From NCBI GenBank assembly GCA_958009085.1, contig OY253687.1:124001-188000 (forward strand): DNA of 64,000 nucleotides, given 5' to 3'. The notes under the pieces were generated by a model. That model was not told the DNA's origin. It ran no database searches and saw only the letters and a list, made by a program, of their open reading frames with translations. Each line of letters opens with the position of its first letter. Position 1 is the first letter of the stretch. Of the stretch, positions 24,327-37,036 are shown in pieces. The translations under genes and the position numbers were made by a program. The DNA is from Protoeuglena noctilucae (Eukaryota).

Positions 24327-27236
24327 ATGCCCTCGTCAGATTTGCGTCGGGCGTCGCTGCCCGGCCACGGGCGCGGCCCGCGCTATCTGCATTCAGACAT
24401 ATCTTTTTGGCGCTGGCTTACCTGGGACCGGCCAGTCCGTGCAGGGGCCGACAGCTCGGGCAGCGCGTCCCGCTCGGTCAGCGCGGGGTCCTGGCCACGA
24501 ATCCGCATTCCTTGTCTTAGCTTGTTGTCGCTGACGCATTGGTATTGGCGAAGGGGGGGCGTCGGGTAGCTGCGCCGAGCTGGGGCGGGCCTGGCATGTG
24601 GGGAGCTGGGACAGCGCTGGCGGGGGCCGGTCTAGCGCTGGAGATGATGCCTGGGGCATGGGCGCGAGCGGCTGACGGTTTTATGACACTCGGTCATGGG
24701 CAGGCCATGCAAGGGGGGTAAGAGTCGGCGCACGCGCTCGCCGATGCTGTGGGGTTTCGGGTGCTTGGTCCTGACTCTCTCTACCCTTTCCGCCGCGTGT
24801 CGCCAGGCTGCGAAAACTGCTCAGCGGTAGCTATCCCGCGCGCATACCCTACCACGAGCGCCTGGACGTGGTGCACCACTTCCACCGCTTCAATGGGACG
24901 GTTGCGCTCACGGAGACCTACTGGGCGTCGGCGTCCGTCATCACGTGGCCCGTCTCCTTCTACCTCGCAATCCACGTGAGGCAGCCCACGAGCCGCACCC
25001 GACCCGGCGCACGACCCCACGAACGGCACCGTCCTCACCCTCCATCCCCCGTGCGCAGTTGGTAGTGCTACTCGGCCTCGCGGGGTACCGCATCTACCGA
25101 ATGACGAAAGGCCAGGGCTTCTTCCCGAGGCCGAGGCCCGACGTGCCGCGCAGCCAGAGGACCCTCGTCTTCGCGCTCATCCTGCTGGGGACGGCACTCG
25201 TGTTTGCCGGGTCCGTCATGCTGTGGTACACCGCCGGCAGCGTCCCGAAGCACATGGGGTCCTCCGGCTTCCTGGGAGCCGGTGAGGAAGGGCGGCGCGC
25301 CTGCCCAGATATTGCATGCGAGGGGACGCGTGCGACGCTCGACCTGGGCCCACCCCATCCGCCGCAGTGGACAGCTTCGACCAGGACATGCAGTCTTTGG
25401 AGGGACAGGTCCAATCGACCACGACCTACGTGTCCCAGGAGCTCCGGACCGGGTCCAAGGCCACGTACAGCAGCATGCAACAGGCGTCCAACCTGACGGC
25501 CGCCGCCAGCGCTTACGTCAAAGCCAGCGAGGCGGTGCGGTCCGAGGTGGAGACGACGCGGAGGGACGTCGCTTACGCCTTGGGCGTCTTTGCCAAGGCC
25601 ATGGCGGCCCTCAGCGCCAGCATGGCCTTTGTCGCCATCGTCGTAGGATTCCTGAGGTCCGCGGCCACTGCCATCAGCACTGCTTACGGGCCATCGCGTC
25701 AGAGACGATTGCTGCGGAATGGGGGAGTCTTTTTACGTCGCACCGTCTTTATCCTCCCGCAGCTATCTCGAGTCCCGGACCTGCGTGGTGTTCGGAGCAA
25801 TCATCGCCTTCCCCTGCTTGGTGGTCTCGGGGGGCATGTGCGCGTGCGGTCTCGTCATCTGGACGTTCTGGGAGGACCTCTGCTTCGAGGTCGGGCGGTT
25901 CCAGAGCACGTACGACGCCCACGGCCCTGACGCGGCCTGCGCCATGCCCATCACCCAGCTTTTCCCATGTCCGTCGTCCGCCGCGCGGTGGGACTTTTAC
26001 CAGACCGGCATGGTCGCAACCAACACGCTGGTGAGGGGCGGAGGGTGCCAGGGCGGGCGCAGCTGTGACCCGCGCGGGCCCACGACGCTGACCTCGGGTG
26101 TGGGCCCGGCCCGACCCGCAGATATACGAGGGCGACGAGATCTTGTACGACTACGATCAAGGCACCGGGCCTGTGACGGGGCGGTACGGGTTCCTGTGCC
26201 CCCGCTTCAACCTTACATGCGACCCAGTCCTGGACCCTTCGGTCAGCAAGGTGAGGGGAGCGGGGGATGCAGGGGTTGAGAAGGAAAGGCTGGAGGCGGA
26301 AGACAAACGCCGCTCTTGCCGGCACCGCTGGCTGCCATCCCCACCATTGGACTCTCCTTCCACCGGTGACCGCAGTCGAGGGCCAGCACGTCCCTTTCCG
26401 AGCAGTGCCGCTTCTGCAACATGCAATACAGCGACCTCTGCTCGACCACGTGCCAAGACATCCCTCCCAGCGACCCCAACGGGGGCACTCCCTGGGTGGA
26501 GGGTACCACGCTGGACCAGTGGCACATCGTGAGTCCTGGGGTGCTGGGCTGGACCATGTGCTGCCCCAACCGAGTGCGGTGCCACCTCACCCTTCCCCAC
26601 CCCGCGACCCGCAGTTCGACAAGCTGGAGTGCACCCCCAGCGATGCCGCCGACCCGAACAACACCTTCCAGTGCCGCGCGGCGCCCGGTCTGGCGGCCGG
26701 GTCCAACGGCTACTATGACCCGAGCAAGGGCCCGCGGGGGAAGATCGCCGACCCGGTCTACAACGAGTTTGCCGCTAAGATAGTGTGGGCTCAGAACATG
26801 ACCGTGCTGCTTGGCCCGGACTACGCGGGTCGCGCCGTGCGCGTGTCGCCCCTCTCAGACTTCTTCAAAACCATGAGCGACACGCAGTGTGGCGAGGTCG
26901 ACACGGGTGAGGCAGGATGCGCCACGCAGCGGCTGGCATGGGTCGGGTGCTGTTGAGAGCCAGGGTGGGAGCCGCGGACGAGGCGGGTGTGTGCGCCGGC
27001 GCACACACCAGCCCCGACCTCCTCCCCGCGTTGCAGACCTGTGGCTCTACTGGACTGGGTTCGCGGTGGTGGCCATCGGGACGGAGATCCTGTGCGTGGG
27101 CTACATCCTCGGCCTCAGCCGCATCCGCAAGGCTGTGGTGTTCGAGGAAGAGAAGTGCCCGGAGATGCGCGTCATCTACGGCGACTCGAAGGTCCGCCGC
27201 GCCCTGCCGTCGCCAGACTCCGACGATGACGTCTGA
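24327..27236 (+). CDS. Multi-pass (about 5 TM) membrane protein with Cys-rich extracellular loops, plant-type uncharacterised family with tweety/prominin-like topology (start uncertain)
   Basis: RLDVVHHFHRFNG...YWAS before TM1, paired TMs, helical loop, EDLC...LFPC, Cys-rich loop, final TM and short acidic tail. Confidence 0.7.
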
Positions 27237-27374
27237 CGGGGTGGGCGCCAGTGGCGGAAGCCAGCCAAATGTTCCGTGCTGGATGCACTAGGGTGGATAA
27301 AGAGATGTTTCTAGGCTAGAACTAGCAGAGCTTACCTACGCCAAGCAATTTGAACCTCCCATCACAGCTAGAAG

Positions 27375-28599
27375 ATGGGGCAACGCTGGTCTGGGGGTGG
27401 GGACACGCCCCCCCTGCCCGGATGAAGACCTCCACGGCAGTGTCTCCGTCGTCACTGGGGGCTACCGAGGCATCGGAAAAGAGACGAGCGTAGCTCTGAT
27501 GCGGGCAGGGTCGCATGTCGTGATGGCGGGCCGCAGCATGCAGCAGGTGGGCGGAAAAACCATGTGCGGGACCCGGCTGCGTGCTCCATCAGTCTCCGAG
27601 TGGTGCGATACTTCCTCCGGGCGCGCAGTGTGAGAGCGTTCGAAGGGAGTTGCACGCGATGGGACTGCCGGGGAGCTGCAGTTGTGTCGAGTGTGATTTG
27701 GACAATCCCGCATCCGTGCGTACGGCTGCCAAGCGCATCCAGTCCGTCGTCGACACCCGCCGGGAGCCGCTGCGCATCCTCATCAACAACGCCGGTGTGA
27801 TGGGGAGCTCTGCGCCAGGCAACCCCGCGTGGGAGGAGCAATTCGGCTCAGCGTCCGCTGGATCGTGGTCGGCCCGCCAAGACCCTCATCTGGGGCCTAA
27901 CCATTTGGGGCCTTTTCTCCTCACCGAGCTCCTCGCTCCTGCACTCGGGCCGGGGTCCCGGTGAGTCGCGCGCTTCGAGCGGTTGGGCGCTTGCAGTACA
28001 CAGGCACATCCACGCTAGTTTCCATATCGTGTGACACTGTGTCCAGGGTCATCAACGTGGGGAGCAGAGCGCACTACCAATCCCCGGTGCTCAAGTTTGG
28101 GGAGCGAGGGGACATCCTCGGCGATGCGGGGCACTGGTATGGGCAGTACGCTCGCTCCAAGCTGTGCAACGCGCTGCACGTCGCGGAGCTGGTAAGTGGG
28201 AGGGCTGGCGTCCGAACACCTCAACGCGTTTACGCCGTAGCATGCCCCCCGGATTTCCCATGCCCGCAGCGAAGGCGACGGCCGCATTGGCTGTCCGTGT
28301 GCGTGAGCCCGGGCCGCGTCGCGACGGACATCTTCCAGAACGTGCCGTGGCCACTGAATCTCGCGATCGGCTCTGTGGCCCACGCAGCCTTCCAGACGCC
28401 ACAGCAAGGCGCTGCGCATGTCATCGCTGCCCTTCATCCCCGTAACTCCGCCGCCCTGTACACCCACCTGAGCCGCCCCGCGCAGCCCTCCAGCCAAGTG
28501 CTGGACGAGGCTCTTGCGCGCAAGCTCTGGGAGGCAAGTCAGCAATATGTCAGTGCTGCAAGTTCAGAACTTAGTTCTGGCAGCACCAGCAAGCGCTGA
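27375..28599 (+). CDS. Short-chain dehydrogenase/reductase (retinol dehydrogenase/WWOX-like)
   Basis: VTGGYRGIG, ECDLD, LINNAGVM, NHLGPFLLTELL, RVINVGS, YARSK, VSPGRVATDI, ARKLWEAS; the likely ATG is out of frame by one base (see findings). Confidence 0.92.
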
Positions 28600-28762
28600 A
28601 AATTCCCCTCGCCTGCCACTGGTGACGTCTGCGAAGGGCCCTGCTCGGCGCGGCGTTAGAGGATGTGAGTAGCTCGTGTGACAGCCGCGTGCCGGATGCA
28701 AGTCCCGCCCGTGGTTCGCGGTATCGGTTTCGCGGTTCGCTCGGGATGGCGATGGCTGGTCC

Positions 28763-29887
28763 ATGATTTCCCGAACATTGCGTGGCCGAGGTGGGCGCCT
28801 CGCGCTTGCCTCACGCGCAGAGGCACACGTCCTAGGACGGCCGCTGTGAATTTCCTCGCCTGGCGCCGCGCTAGCTGCCCTGCCGCGACGCCGGTAACTT
28901 CAGTACATTGTTCCCACTCGGTGACGCTACAGAGGTCTCCCGGAACCCCCCTCCGCTTACGACGGCCTGACTTTCAAGGAGCGCCTCTGGGTCCACCGCT
29001 ACGTGCGCCAGCAGAGCTCGCGGGCGTTCGTCGAGGGCGTGAAGAGAGGCCTTGTGAACGCGGCGTGGGGAGTGAGGGAGTGGCTGTCGCCGCCAGACGC
29101 CGCTGGCGCCGGGAGGAGGGATGACGGTGTCGATGGGCGGGGCCCCATGCCGCACCACGAGGTCGGCCGCGAGGATGTCGACGCGGATCGGGTCCCTGTC
29201 CGAGGGGAGCACGACGAGGAGAGTGCACGTGCTGAAGCCGGGGGGGAGCGGGCGGAGAGACCCCAGGAGACCCAGGCGGTGAGCACCAGCCAGCGACCAA
29301 GACGTCTGCTCAGTGCCTCGGCACTTTGGCAGGCTGCATGTCGATGTGTCTACTGTGTCTTTTGCAGGGACCACGAGGGGCAGACACGACCCGTGGGGCG
29401 ACGTGGGGTGCGTCCCGCGCAGCTGCCGTCCAGGACGCGCTGCGCGGGGCCCTGCCAGGCACCAAGGTGTTCGTCGAGTCCTTCCTGGAGGGATATCGGT
29501 GAGGGGGGCACAGGAGGCCGCACCTGGTAGCAGCGGGGGCGCGCAGTGGCCGTCGACGGTATTGCGACAACTCCACGAGCTTCCCAAGGGCTCGCGCTTC
29601 CATCTCAACCACCCCGCAGGGCGGGCGTGTCGGACGCGGCGCGACCCGAGGCGACGCAGATGCTGCGGGAGAACGCCGACCGCCTGCGAGAGGCGGGCAT
29701 CCGCATGGGTGAGCCTAACGACAGTACCACGGCACGCGCGGAGCCTGTGCTGTACACGCGTGACAGACGACGCCGAGCCACTCGCAGCGAGGAGCGCCGT
29801 CGCGGAGCCGCGGCCGCCCCCGACAGACGAGGACAAGCCGGCGACGAGCAGCGGGGGGGCGGAGCCAGGGGAGCCCAGCGCCCCTAG
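28763..29887 (+). CDS. Small hypothetical protein with Arg-rich presequence-like N-terminus (spliced)
   Basis: ATG 28763 exon splices in frame (GT donor, acceptor 28932) to ORF 29003; later GT-AG introns; no known motif. Confidence 0.45.
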
Positions 29888-31817
29888 GCGGGGCGCCGAC
29901 GGCAGCCAGCCAAGCATACCAGGGGCATCCCCGCCAGGATTTGCGGGTCGCACCGAGGGCGGTGCGCAGGGGGTCGGGCCTGACGAGTCTCCCTTCAACC
30001 GCGGTTGAAACGAGCGGCATCTGGCCATTTCAACAATCGTGCCGCGCTTCGTGGAAAGGAATCGCACAAAAAGATAACGCAAGGCCACTTGCTCGCTGCG
30101 CTGCCCCAACTATCCACGTTCGCAGACCGCGTCAGGACAGCACGACAGACAGCGAGGCAAGCGGCGGATGGGTTCACGCTCCTGGCATGTGACAAAGCAA
30201 GGGAAAAGGCCGCGCATGAAATGCACAGTCACGGCACTTGACACTCCCTTGAGCAGGACAGAGGCAGAAAAGCAGGCCTGTTGGGGGCGGGGCATGGGGT
30301 GTGTCCAAAGCTAGAGGGGGGAGCGGAGTCGAGTGCACGCGTGCGCGGGCATGCGCGCACCAACTGGGAGTTGCGATGGCGCGCACCCGGGTGACCAGCG
30401 CCCGAGTCCAGCCGCGCAGAGCTGCATCCCAGGGAACGCTGCGTGGGGTGGCCACCCTGCCCGGGCAGCGAACTCGCCTCCCCCGGGACGCGCAAGGGCA
30501 TCCCTCCCTCGTGCTGCTGCTTCTCGGCCTAAGGCAAGTGAGGCGGAGTGCGAGAGCATGGCACCCCTGCGCCAAGCGTGGGCCGTGGGCCGTGGAAACA
30601 GACCTCACTGCAGTGTTGCTGCTACGGGGGAACGGGGCAAGTAGAGCGGCGCCAGGTGGGCACAGACGAAGCTGAATGACTCGAAAATAAATGGCGCTGG
30701 GAGGAGGGGAGGGCTGCGTCGGGGCGGCCAGGGGTCTACCACTGGCTGCCCCAGGCCAGCTACGTCGGCGCTCCCTAGGCCCGGTATGGAGGAAACCACT
30801 CGGGGCTGGAGAGAAGGGGCATCGCATCCGATACCTGGAGAGACCCCCACGATACGAGGTGCGGAGGGAGCCCACCCCACGCTGGGGGGACCCCGCGGTG
30901 GGGGGCCTACGACAACACGGGAAAGCGAGCCCAGCGCGGCGGGCGAGGGGGGCGAGGGCCGGGCGGCGCTGCGCCGACCCGACCCCCGCGACAGCGCTGT
31001 GTCGGGCGGGGAAGAGGCCCGACCGCCTGCGTCCGACCACAGCTGCGCTGGGGCTACTCGGCCTGCCGCGCGTGGGGGGCCCCGGTGGCGAAAACGAGGG
31101 CCTCGGGAGGACATGTACACCATCTCGCGGTCGGCGGACGGAGGGGTATGAAAGCGGGAAAGCAGGCGGCGGGGCGCCAGGGGCGGGGGGTGCGCAAGGC
31201 AAGGCGGGATGCGGAGGCGTCGAATTTGCAGCGGCCGGGTCCGACCGTGCGGCCGCGGCAGGCCGGCAAGGGTCCGCACGGGCCCGCCTGCGAGAGAGCT
31301 GCTGCGCACAACCAGAGGCACGAGGGTGGGCCAGGGCGGAAACGCGAATCTGCACTGCGGCACCGGCACGAGAACATGTCGGGAGCTCACGAGGACAGGG
31401 TGCGCGGGCAACCGGATTGGTCGGTGAAATCCGCATCTCGGGCTCGCCGCTGCTGCGGGGCGCGAGAGGCGGTGGTGCTGGCAGTGGGGATTGGGCTATC
31501 AGGGAGGCAACCAACCCGGGCGGGGCGGGGCTGTCAGGGTAAGCCCCGATACTGCCCGTGCTGCGTGTCAAATGTCGCCGCCCCGCTGGCCTGCGAGCGA
31601 GGAAGGGCAGGCGTCAAGACCTGGCGAGGCGAGCGCAGCGGCGGGCGCCACGAGAGCAGGAGCCTGCCCTCGCCTCTTGCTGCGCCGCCAGAAGGCTCTG
31701 GATCTGCTCAGCCGTCAAGCCCGCGTTGCTAACCATTGCGGGCATGACCATGGGGTGGTACTGGGCCTGGGCGCCCATGCCCTGCGCGCACATTAGTTGG
31801 GCCCCGTGAGCGGCCCG

Positions 31818-34484
31818 TCAATCCTGGGCAGAGCCACCGACACCCGCCCCTGCCCGTTCCCTCGCCTGCATGGGCATGCCGCGTAAGAGGACCGTCCCTG
31901 CGGGGTAGGCGGCGCTCTGGAAGGGCATGGCCGGGCCGGCCGCCGCGGCGTGCGGCAGGGCCTGCAGCTGCATGAGCTGCTGCATCGTCGACATGCCCCC
32001 CTCCTGTACCAGCGACTGGGGGTCGGCTTGTGCGGCTAGCAGGGGGTTGAAGCCCCCCACCACCGACCCCATCGACCCCAGCATCCCGGGCACCATCGAC
32101 GCCCCCGCCACGGGCATGCGCATCGGGTCGGCAATCGCGTACGCGTGGCTGGGGACGAGCGACGCGCCTCCCCCTGCTTGGCCCAGGTGCCCGGCCCACT
32201 GGGCAGCCAGTGCGGGGCTGAGGAACTCCCCCTGGGGAGCGCCCGCCACCTGAGTCCGCAGCGCCTGCCGCGTGAGGAGGGGGTCCAGGGCGGGCATGGG
32301 GTTCGGCGACACCGCGGACTGCGAAAGCAAGAGGGCGGGGGTGTCATCCGAGACTAGACATGGACAACGTCAGGCGGGACATCGCCTCGATTCTCCTGGG
32401 CCTGCTGAAAGCCCGGGCTGCGCCACTCAGGCTCCGACTTCCGCCACGCACCTTGACGATGCTCTTACTCTTCCCCCACGACACGCGGACCCGCTGCCCC
32501 GCCACCACCATCTGGTCCCCCATGGCCACCGCCGCCTCGGCCTCCTGCCGTGACTCGAAGTGCACGAACCCGCAGCCCTTGCCCATGGCCACGCGGGCGT
32601 ACGTCACGCGCCCGAACTGGGAGAAGGCGTCCGCGAGGTCCTGGTCCGTCAGGGTGCCCGTGATGCCCCCCACAAAGACAATCGTGTTGGTGTGGTCCGC
32701 GCGGGGGTCGTAGGCGCCAGACACGAACGCCGACAGGGGGGGCACGTGCGAGCCGCGCATCTCGGGGCGCCGCTGCGTCGCTGCGCACGCTCGCACCACG
32801 GAGAGCCTGTGGGGCCGGGGCAGGACCACACACGTGGTGAGGGGAGCACAGTGGTGAAGGCAGTGAGGGCACGTGGTGAGGATGCACACCCGCATGCCGC
32901 ATCTCCAGGCTCCCAGCTGCCCGTAGCTCACCCCACGCGAGTGCCGTCCATCTCCTTCACCGCCCGGTCTCGCTCCTCGACGTCTCCAAAGCGCACGAAC
33001 CCATAGCCTTTCGTCTGCCCCGTCCCTGGCGCCGAGACAATCTTGGCGTTCTTCACCGACGGGTAGCGCTGAGAGAAATGCTGCTGCAGCATGAAGTCCG
33101 ATACCTGCGACCAAGAGCGGGCCGACGGGCCGGGTGAGGCGGAGCACGGCAGCACGTGCTGGGCGCGGGCGCAGGCAGGCGCGCGAGCACCTCAGGTCCG
33201 AGTTCGCGCACGAACAACGAGAAATCTCCTTCCTTTTCCTTCCCGAGCCCGAAGCCGGCCCAGTTGAGTCGCAGGATGCGGTTGGTTCCGGGAATCAGTT
33301 TGCCGACGTACGTAGTCAAGACATGCTCGGCTCCCTGGGGAACAGGGAGGGGGGAGGGTTTCCGATCCCGCGGATGAGCCCGTCACGAAGTCCCGGCGCT
33401 CTGCGTGCCCGTGTCGATGGCACGCATCACCTCGTGAGACACGAACTCCAAAAATCCGTAGCCCTGCGACACCCCGGTGCTGCGATTACGTATGATCTGC
33501 GACCGGAAAGAGGCGGGCGGCGCCTCACTTCACGCGGCGCGGGGGAGGGTGGGAGAGTGCGCCCGGCATGGGCCATTCCCAGGCCTAATCTCCTCCCCCC
33601 GCGTCACCTTTGCTGAGAGCAGGAGTCCGGTGCTGCTGAAGATGCTAGCTACAAAACTCTCGTCCATCCACGGTTCGAGGCCGCCAATCCAGAGGGTGTT
33701 TTGCGACCTGCAAGGGGGGAGGGCGAGCCCCAGCTCCCGTCGCGCTCAACTGCCTCGCGAGGCTCGCGGCGGGCCCCACCGTGGAGCACACAAGGCTCTT
33801 AAATGCAACAGAGCACCCCCGGCGCGGCCCCGCCGCGGCGACTCGCAAAGATATGCCTTTGCCCCCGGGAGCCGATTTGCATTGCCCGACGGGCGCGCGC
33901 GGGATACACGGGAAGCGCGTCAACGGTGTGCGCGAAATCAGGAGAGCAAAGCCAACCCAGCAGCGCACAGGAAACTTGCCCTCCCCCCGTCCCGGGCAGG
34001 CAGGGCATGCTGCGCAGCCAATCGAAGTCCTCTGGCCCTCCCATCCAAGCGGTCGCGCGTGGAAATAAGCCGCCGTCCCAGTGATACGACAAAAAGGAAC
34101 CGGTCCTGACCAGCTCGGGACGGAAAACGCCGGCGCGCGCCCGGCTTCGGGACATGGGCGTGCTGCTGCTGCGGCAGGCTGACTAGTGTGCCTCAGCCGA
34201 GCCTCATCAGCGCGCCGGCGCCGGAGACGCAAGCATTGCAGCCGATATCAAGACCAAATCTACCGGAAGTCGCGCAAGATAGTCGCGGGCGGCGCGCGGG
34301 CGGACCTCGGGAGGCCCGCCCCGTCAAAGACCGCCCTCCCCGCGAGGGGAGGCGAAGGCCACGAGGCACAGTGTCTCGTGTTGCACGTGCGGAACCCAAC
34401 AAACGTGTATCGGCGACGGCGACGAGGCAGGGGGCGGGCAAGGACTCACCCTTGCGAGGGCCCGGCCTCCGACTCCGATCCCAT
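31818..34484 (-). CDS. RBP45/RBP47 (Nam8/SECp43-related) three-RRM RNA-binding protein
   Basis: TLWIGGLEPWMDE, GYGFLEF, LRLNWA, SLFVREL, TKGYGFVRFGD, TIVFVGG, GKGCGFVHF, VRVSWGK; exon 1 MGSESEAGPSQG splices in frame over intron 33708-34449. Confidence 0.9.
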
Positions 34485-34819
34485 CCCCGCCTAGACCCCT
34501 CTTGATGTCCTGACACAAAGCGAGCAATGGGCCATCGGGTCAGGCCATGCCCCGGTCCTCGAGCGCCGGCACCGAACCGCGGAACTCCTTGCCCCCCTTC
34601 GTGCGCCACTGCTCCCGATTGAGTAGTCAGAGGGCGGGCGCAGCAGCGGGCAGCGCCTTGGTGCGCGGCGGGGGGCGGGCGGCGGAGATCCGCGCGAGAT
34701 CGACTCTCGCCAGAAAACCGAGCTTGTCAGGAGCTGACGAGTGCAGGAAAAGGGCCGTCTCGCTGAGCAAACGGCAGTGGGGCTGGCAGATATGCCCGGC
34801 GAGCTGCGGGACGTGTGAA

Positions 34820-36085
34820 ATGCCACCCATGACCCTGCGTGCTGTCGTCGCCCCCCGTGGGCCGTGCCCCGCAAGCCACCCCGTGGCATCGACCAGCGGC
34901 GCATCGACCGTTGCGGGGTTGTCGCGACGGCACGCGGGGAAATCACTGGGAGCGTCCCGCTGCCCTCCCCGAGGTGTCCGTGGTCACGGAGGAGCACTTC
35001 CGGGCGCCCTCGAGAGGCCGTGCCGCGCTATGCCTCGTCGAGCAGACTCGGGGGGAAAGGAGGAACCCTTGCGCGCCCTCGGTCGCCGTGAGCTTGGGCT
35101 GATGGGGCTGGTGGGAGCCCCACTTTTCACGGCGGTCCTGCCAGCGGACGCGGTGCAGGGATACACGCCGGGGAGGATTCCGGGCTTGTCTAACTTGGAC
35201 GATGACGGATTCCGCCGGTGAGGCTCCCGGGGACTCGGTCTAAGGTCTCGATGGGTGAGTGGCCGCTGCAACATCTGTGCACTTCAGGAGCTCATCGAGT
35301 CGTTCTCTCGCCCGGACTGCAGATACACGCGGCCTGAGGGGAAGCAGGGGGGGCACGGGGTAGGCTGGAGCGAGATCCCACGGTGAGTGCGGCCGGACGA
35401 GGCCACCAGCCACGCACCTCACGCCTCCAGTGCGAGCAGCAGTGGAGGAAGGTACGCCTCGGCCCCTGGCCCACCCACAGGTACACGTTCCGAGTACCCG
35501 ATGGCTATGACGAGACGGCGGTCAGCATCGCCGACCTTGGGGGTGCGGAGATCGACATGCGTATGCGAGGCCCTTACGGCGCTCTGATGGCGAGTGCTTG
35601 CGCCTGTGCTCGCCTCTCACGCCTTGGCTCGCCTTTCACACCTTTGCGTCTCTCGTATCCCTTCGCTGGCGGGTCCTGGCGCGTCTGCAAACTGGACCCT
35701 GCTCGTGGCGCAGGTGGTGGTCGCGCCCGTCATGCGTTTCCTGGACGTCGGCTTCAACGCGGATATCCGCGTCGAGGAACTCGGGTCTCCGGGCAAACTC
35801 CTGAGTGGTTTCGCGCCCGAGCTGTTCGGGCGGCCCCTCGAGGAGGGGCAGGTCAAGGACACGCGTGTGTTCAAGGGGGAGGACGGGCTCACGTACTACT
35901 GGTACGAGGTCTCGACAGCCACCGTCCCGCACTCGTTCGTGTCCATCACGGCCCTCAAGAACCGCGTCTTCATCCTGGCTACCAGCTCCAACGCACGGGA
36001 GTTCCGCAAGGGCCGGGAGGAAGTGCGCAGCGTGCAAGAGTCGTTCCGGGCCGACGTGACGGCCATCCCGGGACTTGCCGCCTGA
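34820..36085 (+). CDS. PPD4: PsbP-domain protein 4, thylakoid lumen
   Basis: Transit peptide, twin-Arg RRELGL...ADA signal, RPEGKQGGHGVGWS, VSIADLGGAEID, VAPVMRF, NRVFIL, ESFR. Confidence 0.9.
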
Positions 36086-36131
36086 TGGCGCTGCCTAATG
36101 GCGCGTGACGGCGGCGCGCTGCACCCCGCCG

Positions 36132-37036
36132 TTACGGTTGATCCCCTGCCCCCTCGCCCTGGGCGGCCTCCTCGAACCGTTTCTCCACCTCGCGCGTCAT
36201 TTTCCCACGCACGGGGATGCCCAGGCCCGTGAAGACCAGTGCCGTGACGTCTTCACGGTGGTGGCGCAGCCGGTGCGGGCAGTCCACCGACCCGTTCCAG
36301 GCAAACCCGCTGCAAGCACGACCCGGGGCCGTTGAACCGAGCATATGCGGTGGCCCGTTTCCGTGCGCGCGCGCTGCAGCGTCTGTCCCGGCACCTGAAG
36401 CGGTCGAACGACTCGGAGATCTCCTGCAGCACTCGGAGCGTGCCATGGACACCCGACCCGATGCCACCGCTCCTGCTGGTGCCCGCCCCCAGGTACTCGC
36501 GCGGCATGTCCGGCAGTATCTCCTGACGCCACAACTGCGTCGGGGAAGGGCGAGGTGCTGGTCATTTGCAGGTGTACTGCTGCAAGCGGGGCTGACGCTG
36601 GGAGCTGCCGCCGCCGTCGGACCTGCAAGAAGCGGTATCCGTCCATCTTTCTGTCCAGAGTGACGGACGCGCCCACAGGCATCCCCTTGAAGATCCTAAA
36701 CGTCTTCCCCGCTCGGAACTTCCTCGTGAACTTCATCTCCGTCCTCCGCCCCGTCAACAACGTCAGCGCCGCCCGCCCCATCATCAAGAGCTGCACGCAG
36801 GTCGCGAAGATGCATGGCGAAGTGACAGACCCGGCGGACAACGCCCAGCTCGGAGGGGAGGCAAGCCGCCACTGGACCTTTGGGTCGTTCATCGCGCGCG
36901 ACCGGCTGATGTTGAGCGTGATTGCATGGAGCTCGGGGATCTCATGGCAGTGTCGAACGGGCAGCTTCTGCAAGAGGTCGTAAGCCACCACCCGCTCGAA
37001 GTGGTGCCGCAAAAGGTTGCTGGCCCGCTCGCCCAT
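36132..37036 (-). CDS. rpl5: Mitochondrial-type ribosomal protein uL5, nucleus-encoded with introns
   Basis: LRHHFERVVAYDLLQK, HEIPELHAITLN, ALTLLTG, FRIFKGMPVGASVTL, YRFL, LVFTGLGIP; three GT-AG introns. Confidence 0.85.
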
